Origin: Eledone cirrhosa | Lineage: Eukaryota | Direction: 5' to 3' | DNA: 64,000 nt | Assembly (NCBI GenBank): GCA_964016885.1 | Contig: OZ024740.1 | Coordinates: 106,764,001 to 106,828,000 of the forward strand | In this document: positions 1 to 13,837 of the stretch, one piece after another | Position numbering within the stretch: position 1 is the first letter of the stretch | How the letters are laid out: every line of letters starts with the position of its first letter | Program-made: the position numbers and the translations under genes | The notes under the pieces: model-generated | Told to the model about the DNA's origin: nothing | What the model saw: only the letters and a program-made list of their open reading frames with translations | Database searches by the model: none

Positions 1-60
1 GCATAGGACTGTCTGGCGGGTTTTCTACAGCTGGATGCCCTTCCTAACACCAACCACATT

Positions 61-147
<87 letters not shown>

Positions 148-240
148 ATAATAATAAATTTGAAGACTAAAATCCAAAGATTCTTTGCTTAAACTTTAAT
201 CTGTTATTTTAATAAATATATATATATATATATACACATA

Positions 241-492
241 TGTGTTGTTTCCTTGAGCAAGACACTTTATTTCACATTGCTCCAGTTTACTCAGCTGTAG
301 AAATGAGATGATAGGGACTGGGGTCCATATCATACTACTGCAAAGTGGTCGTGGAGGTGCCACGGCAAAAAGGCACCCAGCACTCACTGTAAAATGAGGT
401 TGGTGTTAGGAAGGGCATCCAGCTGTAGAAATCAAGCCAGAATCAGTTCCCGTCCCACCCTTGCAAGCAGAGAAAAGAGGACGTAAAATGAT
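241..492 (+). mobile_element. tRNA-derived SINE, family A, 5'-truncated copy
   Basis: Nearly identical to the body and 3' end of the adjacent copy 493-838 (ccttgagcaagacactttatttcacattgctccag core; ggacgtaaaatgat tail). Confidence 0.85.
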
Positions 493-838
493 GGAGGCAC
501 ATGGCTTAGTGGTTAGAGCATTGGCCTTACAATCGAAAGGTTGTGAGTTCAATTCTCAGACCGGGTGATGTGTTGTTTCCTTGAGTAAGACACTTTATTT
601 CACATTGCTCCAGTTTACTGAGCTGTAGAAATGAGATGATAGGGACTGGGGTCCATATCATTCCACTGCAAAGTGGTCGTGGAGGTGCCACGGCAAAAAA
701 GCACCCAGCACTCACTGTAAATCAGGTTGGTGTCAGGAAGGGCATCCAGCTGTAGAAATCAAGCCACAATCAGTTCCCGTCCCACCCTTGCAAGCAGGGA
801 AAAAGTGGACGTAAAATGAAATGATGATGATGATGATG
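493..838 (+). mobile_element. tRNA-derived SINE, family A, full length
   Basis: Pol III A box (tggcttagtgg), B-box-like gagttcaattc, conserved core, 3' part shared with RTE-X LINE 3' UTR, (GAT)n tail. Confidence 0.9.
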
Positions 839-857
839 TATATATATATATATACAC

Positions 858-1135
858 ATCATCATCATCAACGTTTAACGTCCGTGTTCCACGCTTGCAT
901 GGGTTTGGACGGGGGTAGTCCCACTTGAGGCAAGAGTGATTGTCTTGCTCGCATAGGACTGTCTGGCAGGTTTTCTACAGTTGGATGCCCTTCCTAACAC
1001 CAACCACATTTACAGTGTGGGTCTGGGAGGTTTTTACCGTGTTGCCTACACGGCCACATTACAGCGTGGACTGTGTGTTTTTTTGTCGTGACACCTACAC
1101 GATCTCATTTGTTTCGGCCTGGATGGCGCGGCACC
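858..1135 (-). mobile_element. RTE-X LINE 3' UTR fragment
   Basis: Reverse complement matches the 3' UTR and (GAT)n tail of the LINE at about 18900-19145. Confidence 0.8.
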
Positions 1136-1989
1136 AATATATATATATAAGTTAAAACAATGAAATAAAAAATCAAGTCATTAGAGATATACTTCACTGC
1201 TTTATGATCGTTTCTAGATGATGATAATACATTGTATCTATATTGATCTATGTAAGTTTACAAACTATCAGATAAAGAGAATATTTACTTACATGCATAT
1301 CACCAGCTGTTTTCAAAAGCAATAATTTTATTCAATAATAGTTTTATTCAAAAATAGTAGTATGTTAGTATCATGTCCTTATTTTGAGGTAGTTGAAGAA
1401 CTAATGAATCAAATTGTTTTTTTCATATGGTGTTAAGATGAAAAGTAATACACTTTAGTTGAGGTCATGACCCTTTGAAAGGAATGGTTGAAGGGTGTTA
1501 ATAGTAGAATTGGCATAAAAATCTATTAGGAGGAAAGGGATTGTCAAACTGATAGTTGAATGTATCTGGTATAGTGAATTTAAAAGGAATGTCAAAATAA
1601 ATGGTGATTAGTGTTGTATTGAGTTTTAAGGTGAATATAAATTAAGGTTATGGCTAGGAAAGATAGTATATTAAAAGATGAAAATTATAATAAGATAATG
1701 AAATACAGTAATGCGATAATATACAACTTAACCAACACAATATAGTACGGTGTGGTAAATTGCACTTAGTATAATATAGCATATGATACGCTCTAAAATA
1801 CTATCAAGTATGTTTATGCATAAATAATCAAACTCAGATAAATACATGTTGGCATAGTTAAAACACATAAATTTCATAGATTACAAAGTGCATATATCCA
1901 CACTATATATAGAGAGAGGTACAGTTATATTGATATCCAACCAAAAATATACATACGTACAAATAGACGCAAACCTAAATACACATTTA

Positions 1990-2242
1990 CACGTATGCAC
2001 ATAATCATATACATATATATCCATACATATCTATATCCACACATACACATCTATACCCACATATATACAAATATATATATATATATATACACACACGCTC
2101 ATACATACATATACATACATACAAACACATATATATATATATATATACATACACACACACATATATATACATACACACACACATATATATACATACACAC
2201 ACACACACATATATACATACATACACACACACATATATATAC

Positions 2243-2317
<75 letters not shown>

Positions 2318-2416
2318 CATGGGTGAGTATATGTACACTCCTCTTACATGTGCACATACTCATATATAAATACTCATACACCTATACTCACATATGTACA
2401 CACATATATATTTATA

Positions 2417-2455
<39 letters not shown>
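1990..2455. repeat. Compound (CA)n/(TA)n/(TACA)n microsatellite
   Basis: Directly visible; explains the spurious YI/HT ORFs. Confidence 0.95.
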
Positions 2456-3304
2456 TATTAATAATGAGTTCAAAACTCAGGCAGTCTTTTACAATGAAAT
2501 AGCTCAAAGAAAGAAGTATTTCCGAGCCGTGTAATACAAGTTAATATAAATTAATATATTTGATAAACACAAATACCAACATATCTGTGTTTGTATTGTA
2601 AATGACTAAGTTAGCTAGATTGAAAAATACTAATTATAATAATACAGTTTGCCTGTCTCGATTTAAAATAATAAATCAATAAAAACAAAGTATATTGGCA
2701 AATGGCCGTGGTGCTTGGACAAATTTAAATTTCAAAATCAAACCTGTTGCGTAGACGGAATTACACGGCTCGGAAATACTTCTTTCTTTGAGCTATTTCA
2801 TTGTAAAAGACTGCCTGAGTTTTGAACTCATTATTAATAGTATCATTGCTCCTTATTGTAGAGCTAACTTTAGCCCCATATAAACGGCTGTTATTTCTAG
2901 CAGCACGAGTATGCGGCAGCTAGACACTGGATAACCATGTGTGAAAAACCATGTGCGTTAAACAGTCTTTTTAAATATTTTGAAGTGAAACATACCAATT
3001 TTTCTAGTGCTTGCTGAGGAGATCTAAATGCGGTATTCTTTCACTTTTTCATTTTTCGAAACTTATTTGGATTTTAGGGTTTAAACCTGTCTACGGAACA
3101 GGTTTGATTTTGAAATTTAAATTTGTCCAAGCACCACGGCCATTTGACAATATGCTTTGTTTTTATTGATTTATTATTTTAAATCAAGACAGGCAAACTG
3201 TATTATTATAATTAGTATTTTTCAATCTAGCTAACTTAGTCATTTACAATACAAACACAGATATGTTGGTATTTGTGTTTATCAAATATATTAATTTATA
3301 TTAA

Positions 3305-3307
<3 letters not shown>
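2455..3307. repeat. Interleaved inverted repeats A-B-A'-C-B' (PLE pseudo-LTR-like relic)
   Basis: About 2455-2533 is inverted at about 2760-2842, and about 2538-2756 is inverted at about 3089-3307. Confidence 0.85.
3007..3134 (+). ncRNA. Type I hammerhead ribozyme motif with long stem III
   Basis: Stem I gtgcttg/caagcac (7 bp); CUGAGGA at 3014-3020; weak stem II; GAAA at 3058-3061; long stem III hairpin; GUC triplet ending at 3127. Confidence 0.75.
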
Positions 3308-3362
<55 letters not shown>

Positions 3363-3363
3363 C

Positions 3364-6300
3364 AAAGGGGTTTAACATGTCTGCTATAAGTAGTTATTAA
3401 AACATTAGGTGAATGAAAGGGAAAAGCAGATGAGGAAGAAAATAGGGGGTGGAAGGAAGTGATAGGATGAGACAGGGGGAAGAAGACAAAGAGGAAAAGA
3501 AAAGAAAAGAGATGCATCTACCTAAGTAAGCTGGGGTTTCCTCTAACTTAATCGGCAAGTAGGGGGTATCAGCCCTTGTCCACCCACCAGGGTCTTTATG
3601 CGGTTTGAGGTCGAGGTAAGTCCTACACAATCTGTGTTTGCATGCGGTTACCAGTTCCTCTTTCTTGTTTAGGAGTTAGTCCTTCGAAAACAGCATTTGT
3701 AATGTTTCCTCCGAGCATAAGTTACATGGACGGCGTCCTCCCGTGTAAGAGTTAGCTTTGGACAGTAAGCTCCAAGTGAGATTGTAGGTTATATTATTAT
3801 CTTAGAGGTCCCAGATGTGGCCCGAAAGTGTAGTGGCATGTCGCCGGACCGGGTTTCGGAAAGTATGTTGGTGTTGGTAGAGCCGGGTCTTGAAGTCACA
3901 CGCGGTTAATCCTATATAAGCTTTGTTGGAGGTGTCCGTCCTCACCTTGCACTGGTAGATCACGTTACATTCACGGCATTTGTTGTTGAGGGGACACGTA
4001 GATCTATCAGGGCAGTTACACCTCCTGGTCGGCTCTCCACTGATGTCTAAGTTTTTTCTTCCATAGGGGTTGAGTTTTTTGTTGTTTGAGGAGACAATAT
4101 TTTGTGCGAAGTTAGGTGTGGTGTTGTAGGAGCGTTTGATGGTGTTTTTGTTGATTATGTTGTGGTAGCGGTGTTGTAGTGGGAAGTGTTTTTCGAGGAG
4201 TCTAAAGAAGATTTTCCCGATAGGTGTTGCCACCTCGGCATTATGGGGAGGATTGAACCACGTTACGTTGCGTGAGCGGTGGTGTCGCCTGCTGGATCCG
4301 CTAAGGGAAGCTGGATAAAAGGATATTTCCTCCCGGAAGGCACTCCGCTTGAGGGCCTGGTTGTAATGAGGCGCGTGTTCGTCGAATATCTGCTCATTAT
4401 CGGACAAACGAGATATACGGAGAGAGATGTTTTTAACCAGGTTATTGGTGGTGTTTCTAGGATGATTAGAGCGGCGGTAGATGTAGTGCAGGCTGTCGTT
4501 TGGTTTCCTGTATGGGTAGTACAGATCATTTTCGAGGTTAAGGGTAACGTCCAGGAAATTGACTTGGGTTAGGGACGTTTGTAGGGTGATTTTAAATCCC
4601 CAGTCCCGGAAGAAGTTGATCAGTTGTTTACGGACCTGGTCTGTACTACTGGGGTTGTACTCTTTGAGGGTGAGGAGCCCATCATCCCGGTACAATCCAC
4701 TGCCGAATGCAGGAAACATTTCGGTGAGTTTAAATAGTAGGAATAATCCTATAAGATCTGTGACCTCGGCCGAATCCGTCGCGCCCATACTGACGTCGAA
4801 GGGGGAGTCGGGAGCTCTCTTTATCCACTTAGATTTGTCGAAAAGTAGGACTGTCTTCCTGGCATGGAGAATATTTCTTTCCTGCTCAGTGATGTGTGTG
4901 AGTGTTTCGGCAAAGTCCAAGGCGGCCGTAAGGAGCGGTAAGGTAATAGATACATAGTAACATATTCCTAAACCATGAGATTACTTCCTGGGTGCTGACC
5001 CATAGGCTAAGTCTCACGTTTTGCTTAACTTTTGGTATAACTCAGTCTAGGATCTTTTTACTGATTCTCCCTATGTCCGACTTCGTTGGGTTTATAAGCC
5101 TAATGGATGGTTTGCAGTTGAAGTCAGATTTGTGGTCCTTCAGTGGGAAGTAGGGAGTCCATGGATACAGGGGTTCAGTGCGGTCGGCGACCCTGAGGCT
5201 GGAGGTAATTTGTTGTCCATCTCGATTTATGTCCTTGATAATTGAATGGTTAGCCTTTTTATAGGTGGAGTTTAGGCTGCTCTTGATCAGTGTGTTGTAT
5301 CTGTCAGGGTTGACGAAGTAGAGGTTTCCTGTTTTGTCCGAGTTGACCATGATGTCATTGGTGTTTTCATACTCTGTTATTTTGCTAGAGTTGTTGTAGG
5401 AATCTGTTGTGTCTGGGTTGGAATTTAATGCTATTGACCAGGTGGAAAAGGTCGTTCTCGAAGGGTTAGAGCATAGGGTTCGGAGGGGGAGATTTGTAGG
5501 TATTGAATCCGAATCTCTCCTTGGTGTCGAAGTCCTGATTGTCGCGGTATCTATCGTAGAAAAAAGTTCTCCATCTTAGTCTTTTCGCAAAAAGGTCGAT
5601 TTTTTGCGTGAGCATCGAAAGGTAAAGTTTTCTCGGTGGAACTGGGATGTTCTTGGTGGAGAAGTCGATGTGTTTTCGCATCGTGCAGGTGAAGAAACTT
5701 AAGCTGGGTGGAAAAGTCGGGATATGGCGTGGTAGAGTCGGAAAGTGCTCTACTACAGAGATAGGAGTTAAATAACAAAGGAATTGTGGTAAGGAACCAG
5801 ATGGACCATAACACACCAGAGTACACAATACTTAGGGTAGTAGAGTGGGAAATAGGAAAAAGTATGACCCCAACGGCAGAGCTCAAGCTGTTTCGACGGC
5901 TATTTCTGGACTAAATTAGAATTTTTAGCCTGGTGAATAAATAGCCGAACTTTTCAAGGGGGTACTTCCTTATATGGGTAGATTGTAGTTGTCAGGACGA
6001 TTGGTTAAAATTTGTTGTAAACACAAATAAGTCTATCATGGCATTTGGTGGGAGGTAGGGGTGGCTGAAATTGCCTGTAGAACAATAGAGGAGTGAGTGG
6101 AGCGGTCAAGCTTTGAAAGGGATATGTATACAGCAGATTCTAAGGATAAGGTATGAAGTGGAGGAGGGAGGTTATAGAATAGGTAAATTGAATGAGAGTA
6201 GGAGAGAATAAAAGATAATAGAAAGAAATAAAAAAAAATATATAAAATTAGATAGTGAGAAATGAATAAAAAAAATCACAATGCTATCTTACAATAACAG

Positions 6301-6364
6301 GTTAATAAGTTGAGAATAGAAAAAACTTGTAGAAATTGAGTAGTACCAGAACCGATACAGAATT
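3364..6364 (-). mobile_element. Penelope-like element, Naiad-type (RT + GIY-YIG), disrupted
   Basis: ORF pieces 5466-5683, 5042-5350 and 3802-4920 carry SDKTG, LKDHK...RLINP, MGATD, YRDDG, CxCx5Cx5C linker and VIYQC...YIGLT. Stops, frameshifts and a deletion in RT motif A. Confidence 0.9.
5867..5963 (-). ncRNA. Variant type I hammerhead (UUGAAAA core) in PLE pseudo-LTR
   Basis: Minus strand reads ccccc-UUGAAAA-guucggcuauuu...aaauagccguc-GAAA-cagc-uugagcucu-gccg-UU-gggguc. Confidence 0.6.
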
Positions 6365-7415
6365 AAAGGGGTTTAACACGTCTGCTATAAGTAGTTAGTA
6401 AAACGTATTCGGCCAATTCTATCTTAAAATTACAGGGGTAGGGGAACTGATGCTACAGAGGCCCGATGGGCTGCATCGGGGTAGGCGAAGGGGAAAAGCA
6501 GACGAGGAAGAAAATAGGGGCTGGAAGGAAGTGACAGAATGAGACAGGGGGAAGAAGAAGAGAAAGAGGAAAAGAAAAGAAAAGAGATACATCTACCTAA
6601 GTAAGCTGGGGTATCAGCCCTTGTCTACCCACCCGGGTCATTATGGGGTTTGAGGGCGAGGTAAGTCCTACACAATCTGTGTTTGCATGCGGTTACTAGT
6701 TCCTCTTTCTTGTTTAGGAGTTGGTCCTTCGAAAACAGCATTTGTAATGTTTCCTCCGAGCATAAGTTACACGGACGGCGTCCTCCCGTGTAAGAGTTAG
6801 CTTTGGACAGTAAGCTCCAAGTGAGATTGTAGATTATATTATTATCTTGGAGGTCCCAAATGTGGCCCGAAAATGTAGTGGCATATCGCCGGACCGGGTT
6901 TCGGAAAGTATGTCGGTGTTGGTAGAGCCGGGTCTTGAAGTCACACGCAGTTAATCCTATATAAGCTTTGTTGGAGGTCTCCGTCCTCACGTTGCACTGG
7001 TAGATCACGTTACATTCACGGCATTTGTTGTTGAGGGGGCATGTAGATCTATCAGGGCAATTACACCTCCTGGTCGGCTCACCACTGATGTCTAAGTTTT
7101 TTCTTCCATAGGGGTTGAGTTTTTTGTTGTTTGAGGAGAGACGATGTTTGTGCAAAGTTATGTGTGGTGCTGTAGGAGCGTTTGATGGTGTTTTTGTTGA
7201 TTATGTTGTGGTAGCGGTGTTGTAGTGGGAAGTGTTTTTCGAGGAGTCTAAAGAAGATTTTTCCGATAGGTGTTGCCACCTCGGCATTATGGGGAGGTTT
7301 GAACCACGTTACGTTGCGTGAGCGGTGGTGTCGCTTGCTGGATCCGCTAAGGGAAGCTGGATAAAAGGATATTTCCTCCCGGAAGCCTCTCCGCTTGAGG
7401 GCCTGGTTGTAATGA
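6365..7415 (-). mobile_element. Upstream partial-tandem copy of the same Naiad-type PLE (GIY-YIG + 3' UTR)
   Basis: Near-identical to about 3364-4370; a partial tandem arrangement is typical of PLE insertions. Confidence 0.9.
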
Positions 7416-7664
7416 ATATATCTATATAAATATATATATATACATATATATATATATAAATAAATAAATAAATATTTAAATATAATATATATATATAAAT
7501 AAATATATATATATAAATAAATAAATATATATTTAAATATAAATATATATATATAAATAAATATATATATATATAAATATAAATATATATATATAAATAT
7601 AAATATATATATATAAATATAAATATATAAATATAAATATATATATATAAATATAAATATATCA

Positions 7665-8100
<436 letters not shown>

Positions 8101-8147
8101 TAAATATATATATATAAATATAAATATATAAATATATATATATATAA

Positions 8148-8178
<31 letters not shown>

Positions 8179-8251
8179 AATATATATATATATAAATATA
8201 TATATATATAAATAAATATATATATAAATAAATATATATATAAATAAATAT

Positions 8252-8336
<85 letters not shown>

Positions 8337-8437
8337 AATAAATATATATATATAAATAAATATATATATATATATATAAATAAATATATATATATATATA
8401 TATAAATAAATATAATTATATATATATATAGAAATAA

Positions 8438-8498
<61 letters not shown>

Positions 8499-8508
8499 TA
8501 TATATATC

Positions 8509-9677
8509 AACATGACAAAGACTAAGGTCCTTGTAAGTAGACGAGAAAACAGAACCCAGATCCCCTCAGGGAAATGGCCTTGCTCAGTATGTAGGAAAGG
8601 TGTAGGTAGGAACTCCATTCTCTGCCCCAAATGCAAACAATGGGTACACAAGAGATGTAGCGGGATCTCGGGAAGCTTAATTAAGAATGTAGGATTCACA
8701 TGCAGCAGCTGTGCTGAAACAGCAAGCAAACAGCCACAGGAAACAAGTACCACCAATCTCTGGGAGGGCCCTGTAGAAACAGTAGACAGCTTCTGCTACC
8801 TAGGTGACCGAATTAGCAACGGAGGTGGGTGTTCAGAAAGTACAATAACTAGGGTAAGAACGGGATGGAAGAAGTTTAGGGAACTACTACCACTGCTAGC
8901 TGCAAACGGCTTCTCCCTCAGAATGAAAGGCAGACTGTATGATGCGTGTATCCGAACAGCGATGTTGCATGGTAGTGAGACCTGGGCGCTGAAGGTGGAA
9001 GACTTACGTAGATTAGAGAGAAACGAAGCCTGCATGCTCCGATGGATGTGTAACAGTAATATACGTGAACGACAAAGCATAAAGGAATTGAGAGAGAGAC
9101 TGAGCATAAGAGGAATCAAATGCTGCGTGCAGGAGAGGCGGTTACGCTGGTATGGACATGTGATGCGTATGAAGGATGACAGCTGCATAAAAAGGTGCAG
9201 AGCACTAGAAGTTGATGGAAACCGCGGAGTGGGGAGACCCAAGATGACTTGGGATGAGGTGATAAAAGCCGACCTTACCCAACTACACCTCTCAAAGACA
9301 ATGACACACGACCGTGACTTCTGGCGTCACGCAGTAATACAGGGTACCTGACCTCCCATGGGTACATGCTGAAGCATATAAACAATATGCCCCCACTCCC
9401 CCCACCGCAAGGTGGTCGTGGAGGTGCCACGGCAAAAAAAGCACCCAGCCCACACTGTAAAGTGGACGTGTAGGCGCCACGAAAAAGCACCCAGCACTCA
9501 CTGTAAATGAGGTTGGTGTTAGGAAGGGCATCCAGCTGTAGAAATCAAGCCAGATCAGTTCCTGTATGAGCAAGGCATGGTCGGCCGACCAGACACTGCC
9601 CACAACAGGACAACCCGTCTAACCCATGCTAGCGTGGAAGAACGGACGTAAAACGGTGATGATGATGATGATGATGA
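8509..9677 (+). mobile_element. RTE-X LINE 3' fragment (PHD-like finger, RT C-terminus, 3' UTR, GAT tail)
   Basis: ORF 8512-9351: KTKVL-CxxC...HxxC...CxxC-FCYLG...RRLRWYGHVMR...GRPK. Confidence 0.9.
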
Positions 9678-9708
9678 TATAAATAAATATATATATATAT
9701 ATAAATAA

Positions 9709-9739
<31 letters not shown>

Positions 9740-10012
9740 TATATATATATATAAAAATAAATATATATATATATATAAAAATAAATATATATATATATAT
9801 ATAAAAATAAATAAATATATATATATATAAATAAATATATATATATATATAAATAAATATATATATATATAAATAAATATATATATATATTAAATATATA
9901 TATATATATATTAAATATATATATATATTAAATATATATATATATATTAAATATATATATATATATTAAATATATATATATATATTAAATATATATATAT
10001 ATAAATATAAAT

Positions 10013-10071
<59 letters not shown>

Positions 10072-10913
10072 ATTTAATACAATAACAGAGATAGTTTAAA
10101 GCTAAACTCTGACTGGTAACCATCTCACTCAACAAACATTAGGTTATATTTAAATATAAACCCAATTTAAGTGTTTGGGGTGCTAACAATATGTACAATG
10201 TGGAAAAACCAGTTGTATTATTTTATGAGATATAATTAAAGTTAAAGTATATCTCCCTTTCCAAACAATTGTTTCATTATAAGTTTTCTACAAGTTGGGA
10301 GAATATTTCCAGTTTATGTAAAAGCCTAATATATATTCATGTAAGAATATATTTAGGTGGGCGCTAATAAATCATCAGTGGAAGCCCATTAAACTTTGAT
10401 ATAAGAAAGAAATTCTTACCGCAGTCAAAAATCGTGTCTGTTAAGTTGCTCCTTCTCGGATCGAATGACCGCGAAATTTGAAATTCCAGCAGTTTTTGAC
10501 TGAGGAAGTATCATAGCGACACGAAGCGGGAAGGGGAGACAACTACGATCCACGAAAGGAGGAAAAAAATAATATACACGCGGGTTAATTAGTTTTTTCG
10601 AAAACATTATCAATCCAACGTGTTAAGAACTCAATTGAAAATAAAAAAATAAATATATGCGTGTATAAATTACACACGCATATAGATATTTTCTTAAATA
10701 TATATATATATAAATATATATAAATATATATATATAAATATATATAAATATATATATATAAATATATATATATAAATATAAATATATAAATATAAATATA
10801 TATATATAAATATAAATATATATATATATAAATATATATATATATAAATATAAATATATAAATATAAATATATATATATAAATATAAATATATATAAATA
10901 TATATATATATAA

Positions 10914-10944
<31 letters not shown>

Positions 10945-11033
10945 AATATATATATATATAAATATATATATATATAAATATATATATATATAAATATATA
11001 TATATATAAATATATATATATATAAATAAATAT

Positions 11034-11100
<67 letters not shown>

Positions 11101-11181
11101 AATAAATATATATATATATAAATAAATATATATTTATATATATATATAAATAAATATAATTATATATATATATAGAAATAA

Positions 11182-11242
<61 letters not shown>

Positions 11243-11252
11243 TATATATATC

Positions 11253-12421
11253 AACATGACAAAGACTAAGGTCCTTGTAAGTAGACGAGAAAACAGAACC
11301 CAGATCTCCTCAGGGAAATGGCCTTGCTCAGTATGTAGGAAAGGTGTAGGTAGGAACTCCATTCTCTGCCCCAAATGCAAACAATGGGTACACAAGAGAT
11401 GTAGCGGGATCTCTGGAAGCTTAATTAAGAATGTAGGATTCACATGCAGCAGCTGTGCTGAAACAGCAAGCAAACAGCCACAGGAAACAAGTACCACCAA
11501 TCTCTGGGAGGGCCCTGTAGAAACAGTAGACAGCTTCTGCTACCTAGGTGACCGAATTAGCAACGGAGGTGGGTGTTCAGAAAGTACAATAACTAGGGTA
11601 AGAACGGGATGGAAGAAGTTTAGGGAACTACTACCACTGCTAGCTGCAAAAGGCTTCTCCCTCAGAATGAAAGGCAGACTGTATGATGCGTGTATCCGAA
11701 CAGCGATGTTGCATGGTAGTGAGACCTGGGCGCTGAAGGTGGAAGACTTACGTAGATTAGAGAGAAACGAAGCCTGCATGCTCCGATGGATGTGTAACAG
11801 TAATATACGTGAACGACAAAGCATAAAGGAATTGAGAGAGAGACTGAGCATAAGAGGAATCAAATGCTGCGTGCAGGAGAGGCGGTTACGCTGGTATGGA
11901 CATGTGATGCGTATGAAGGATGACAGCTGCATAAAAAGGTGCAGAGCACTAGAAGTTGATGGAAACCGCGGAGTGGGGAGACCCAAGATGACTTGGGATG
12001 AGGTGATAAAAGCCGACCTTACCCAACTACACCTCTCAAAGACAATGACACACGACCGTGACTTCTGGCGTCACGCAGTAATACAGGGTACCTGACCTCC
12101 CATGGGTACATGCTGAAGCATATAAACAATATGCCCCCACTCCCCCCACCGCAAGGTGGTCGTGGAGGTGCCACGGCAAAAAAAGCACCCAGCCCACACT
12201 GTAAAGTGGACGTGTAGGCGCCACGAAAAAGCACCCAGCACTCACTGTAAATGAGGTTGGTGTTAGGAAGGGCATCCAGCTGTAGAAATCAAGCCAGATC
12301 AGTTCCTGTATGAGCAAGGCATGGTCGGCCGACCAGACACTGCCCACAACAGGACAACCCGTCTAACCCATGCTAGCGTGGAAGAACGGACGTAAAACGG
12401 TGATGATGATGATGATGATGA
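11253..12421 (+). mobile_element. RTE-X LINE 3' fragment (duplicate of 8509-9677)
   Basis: ORF 11256-12095 differs from ORF 8512-9351 by 2 aa. Confidence 0.9.
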
Positions 12422-12452
12422 TATAAATAAATATATATATATATATAAATAA

Positions 12453-12483
<31 letters not shown>

Positions 12484-12762
12484 TATATATATATATAAAA
12501 ATAAATATATATATATATATAAAAATAAATATATATATATATATATAAAAATAAATAAATATATATATATATAAATAAATATATATATATATATAAATAA
12601 ATATATATATATATAAATAAATATATATATATATTAAATATATATATATATATATTAAATATATATATATATTAAATATATATATATATATTAAATATAT
12701 ATATATATATTAAATATATATATATATATTAAATATATATATATATAAATATAAATATAAAT

Positions 12763-12821
<59 letters not shown>

Positions 12822-13521
12822 ATTTAATACAATAACAGAGATAGTTTAAAGCTAAACTCTGACTGGTAACCATCTCACTCAACAAACATTAGGTTATATT
12901 TAAATATAAACCCAATTTAAGTGTTTGGGGTGCTAACAATATGTACAATGTGGAAAAACCAGTTGTATTATTTTATGAGATATAATTAAAGTTAAAGTAT
13001 ATCTCTCTTTCCAAACAATTGTTTCATTATAAGTTTTCTACAAGTTGGGAGAATATTTCCAGTCTATGTAAAAGCCTAATATATATTCATGTAAGAATAT
13101 ATTTAGGTGGGCGCTAATAAATCATCAGTGGAAGCCCATTAAACTTTGATATAAGAAAGAAATTCTTACCGCAGTCAAAAATCGTGTCTGTTAAGTTGCT
13201 CCTTCTCGGATCGAATGACCGCGAAATTTGAAATTCCAGCAGTTTTTGACTGAGGAAGTATCATAGCGACACGAAGCGGGAAGGGGAGACAACTACGATC
13301 CACGAAAGGAGGAAAAAAATAATATACACGCGGGTTAATTAGTTTTTTCGAAAACATTATCAATCCAACGTGTTAAGAACTCAATTGAAAATAAAAAAAT
13401 AAATATATGCGTGTATAAATTACACACGCATATAGATATTTTCTTAAATATATATATATATAAATATATATAAATATATATATATAAATATATATAAATA
13501 TATATATATAAATATATATAA

Positions 13522-13580
<59 letters not shown>

Positions 13581-13704
13581 AATATAAATATATATAAATA
13601 TATATATATATAAATATATATAAATATATATATAGGAACGAGTAGGACCCCGATGGCTGAGCTCAAGCCATTTCGACGGCTAATTCTGGACCACATTTCC
13701 TTCG

Positions 13705-13761
<57 letters not shown>

Positions 13762-13837
13762 CGGACGTCAAATGAAATGATGATATATATATATTTCATT
13801 TCATTTTATGATATATATATATATATAAATATATATA

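Larger units (their letters stand above)
8380..13540. repeat. Near-identical tandem duplication, period 2744 bp
   Basis: ORF pairs 8512/11256 and 9947/12691 are offset by 2744; only a few substitutions. Confidence 0.92.

Noticed and set aside
493-565. tRNA gene
   Set aside because: The tRNA-like head continues into a SINE core and LINE-derived tail in every copy.
5042-5044. In-frame TGA in the Naiad-type PLE as selenocysteine (some Naiads encode selenoproteins)
   Set aside because: It falls at ILD*V, where Arg (CGA to TGA) is more likely. The linker cysteines are ordinary Cys codons and the copy has other disabling lesions.
10258-10385. Minus-strand CUGAUGA...GAAA hammerhead candidate
   Set aside because: Stem II is out of register and stem III barely pairs; compatible with chance in AT-rich DNA.
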